Shown one piece after another: positions 16,748 through 16,972 of a stretch of 16,972 bases of DNA. Origin of the DNA: a bacterium (GTDB taxonomy: Bacteria; Babelota; Babeliae; Babelales; JAUWHS01); assembly GCA_043818275.1 (NCBI GenBank), contig JBDRFY010000088.1, positions 1-16,972 on the forward strand. The letters run 5' to 3'. The notes below the pieces were generated by a model, which worked only from the letters and a program-made list of their open reading frames with translations, was not told where the DNA came from and ran no database searches. Both the position numbers and the translations under genes were made by a program. How positions within the stretch are numbered: position 1 is the first letter of the stretch; each line of letters starts with the position of its first letter.

Positions 16748-16972
16748 TTTTAAATCTCCTTAAAGGTTTTTAATTTCGTAATTTAACCATAATAGCGAAA
16801 GTTTAAATTTTTTCCAGATCAAATTTTTTTCCTGTTAGAGCAATGTGATAATTTCCGGTAGTTGGGCAAAGTAAAAATTTCCTGTTGTGGCAAAATTAAA
16901 AAGATAAAAAATTTTTTTTTAACAATGCTAACAAACAGGAAACTATATGGAAATTATTACAATGAGTAAAAA

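Noticed and set aside
986..16763. Short alternative-frame and antisense ORFs in the track (e.g. 986..1282, 1368..1568, 2460..2765, 5750..6067, 7034..7345, 11951..12187, 16246..16473, 16545..16763)
   Set aside because: Nearly all overlap well-supported genes, and none has recognisable motifs; they are shadow ORFs.
16947..16972. Possible start of a divergent gene (MEIITMSK)
   Set aside because: Only 8 codons before the window ends.

Overview
AT-rich bacterial chromosome segment. The gene families and the many Sec-signal ORFans suggest Candidatus Dependentiae/Babeliae (TM6, parasites of protists); this is an inference only. Two housekeeping anchors, uppP on the left and acpP-fabF on the right (both minus strand), bracket a plus-strand accessory array. 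The array holds three paralogous outer-membrane beta-barrel genes, interrupted by an AAA-ATPase/PD-(D/E)XK nuclease gene, followed by five signal-peptide ORFans with host-interaction features (coiled coils, hydrophobic hairpins, LRR-like repeats, an IQ motif, EEVD-like C-termini). Main observations: (1) a decayed direct copy of the fabF 3' end at ~10614-10696, remodelled into a perfect 33-bp hairpin with an inverted loop, brackets a 4.5-kb ORFan block; (2) the genes just upstream of both copies end in the same 13-residue I-x-E-I-x-E-x4-D-[LI]-D motif, which resembles eukaryotic chaperone TPR-binding tails; (3) a 30-nt palindromic element is inserted in frame in uppP (PAVAKALADK) and also nested inside another REP-like repeat, and several nested repeat clusters are present; (4) a conserved AACTCTTGATA-N17-TAACAT promoter precedes two beta-barrel paralogs.
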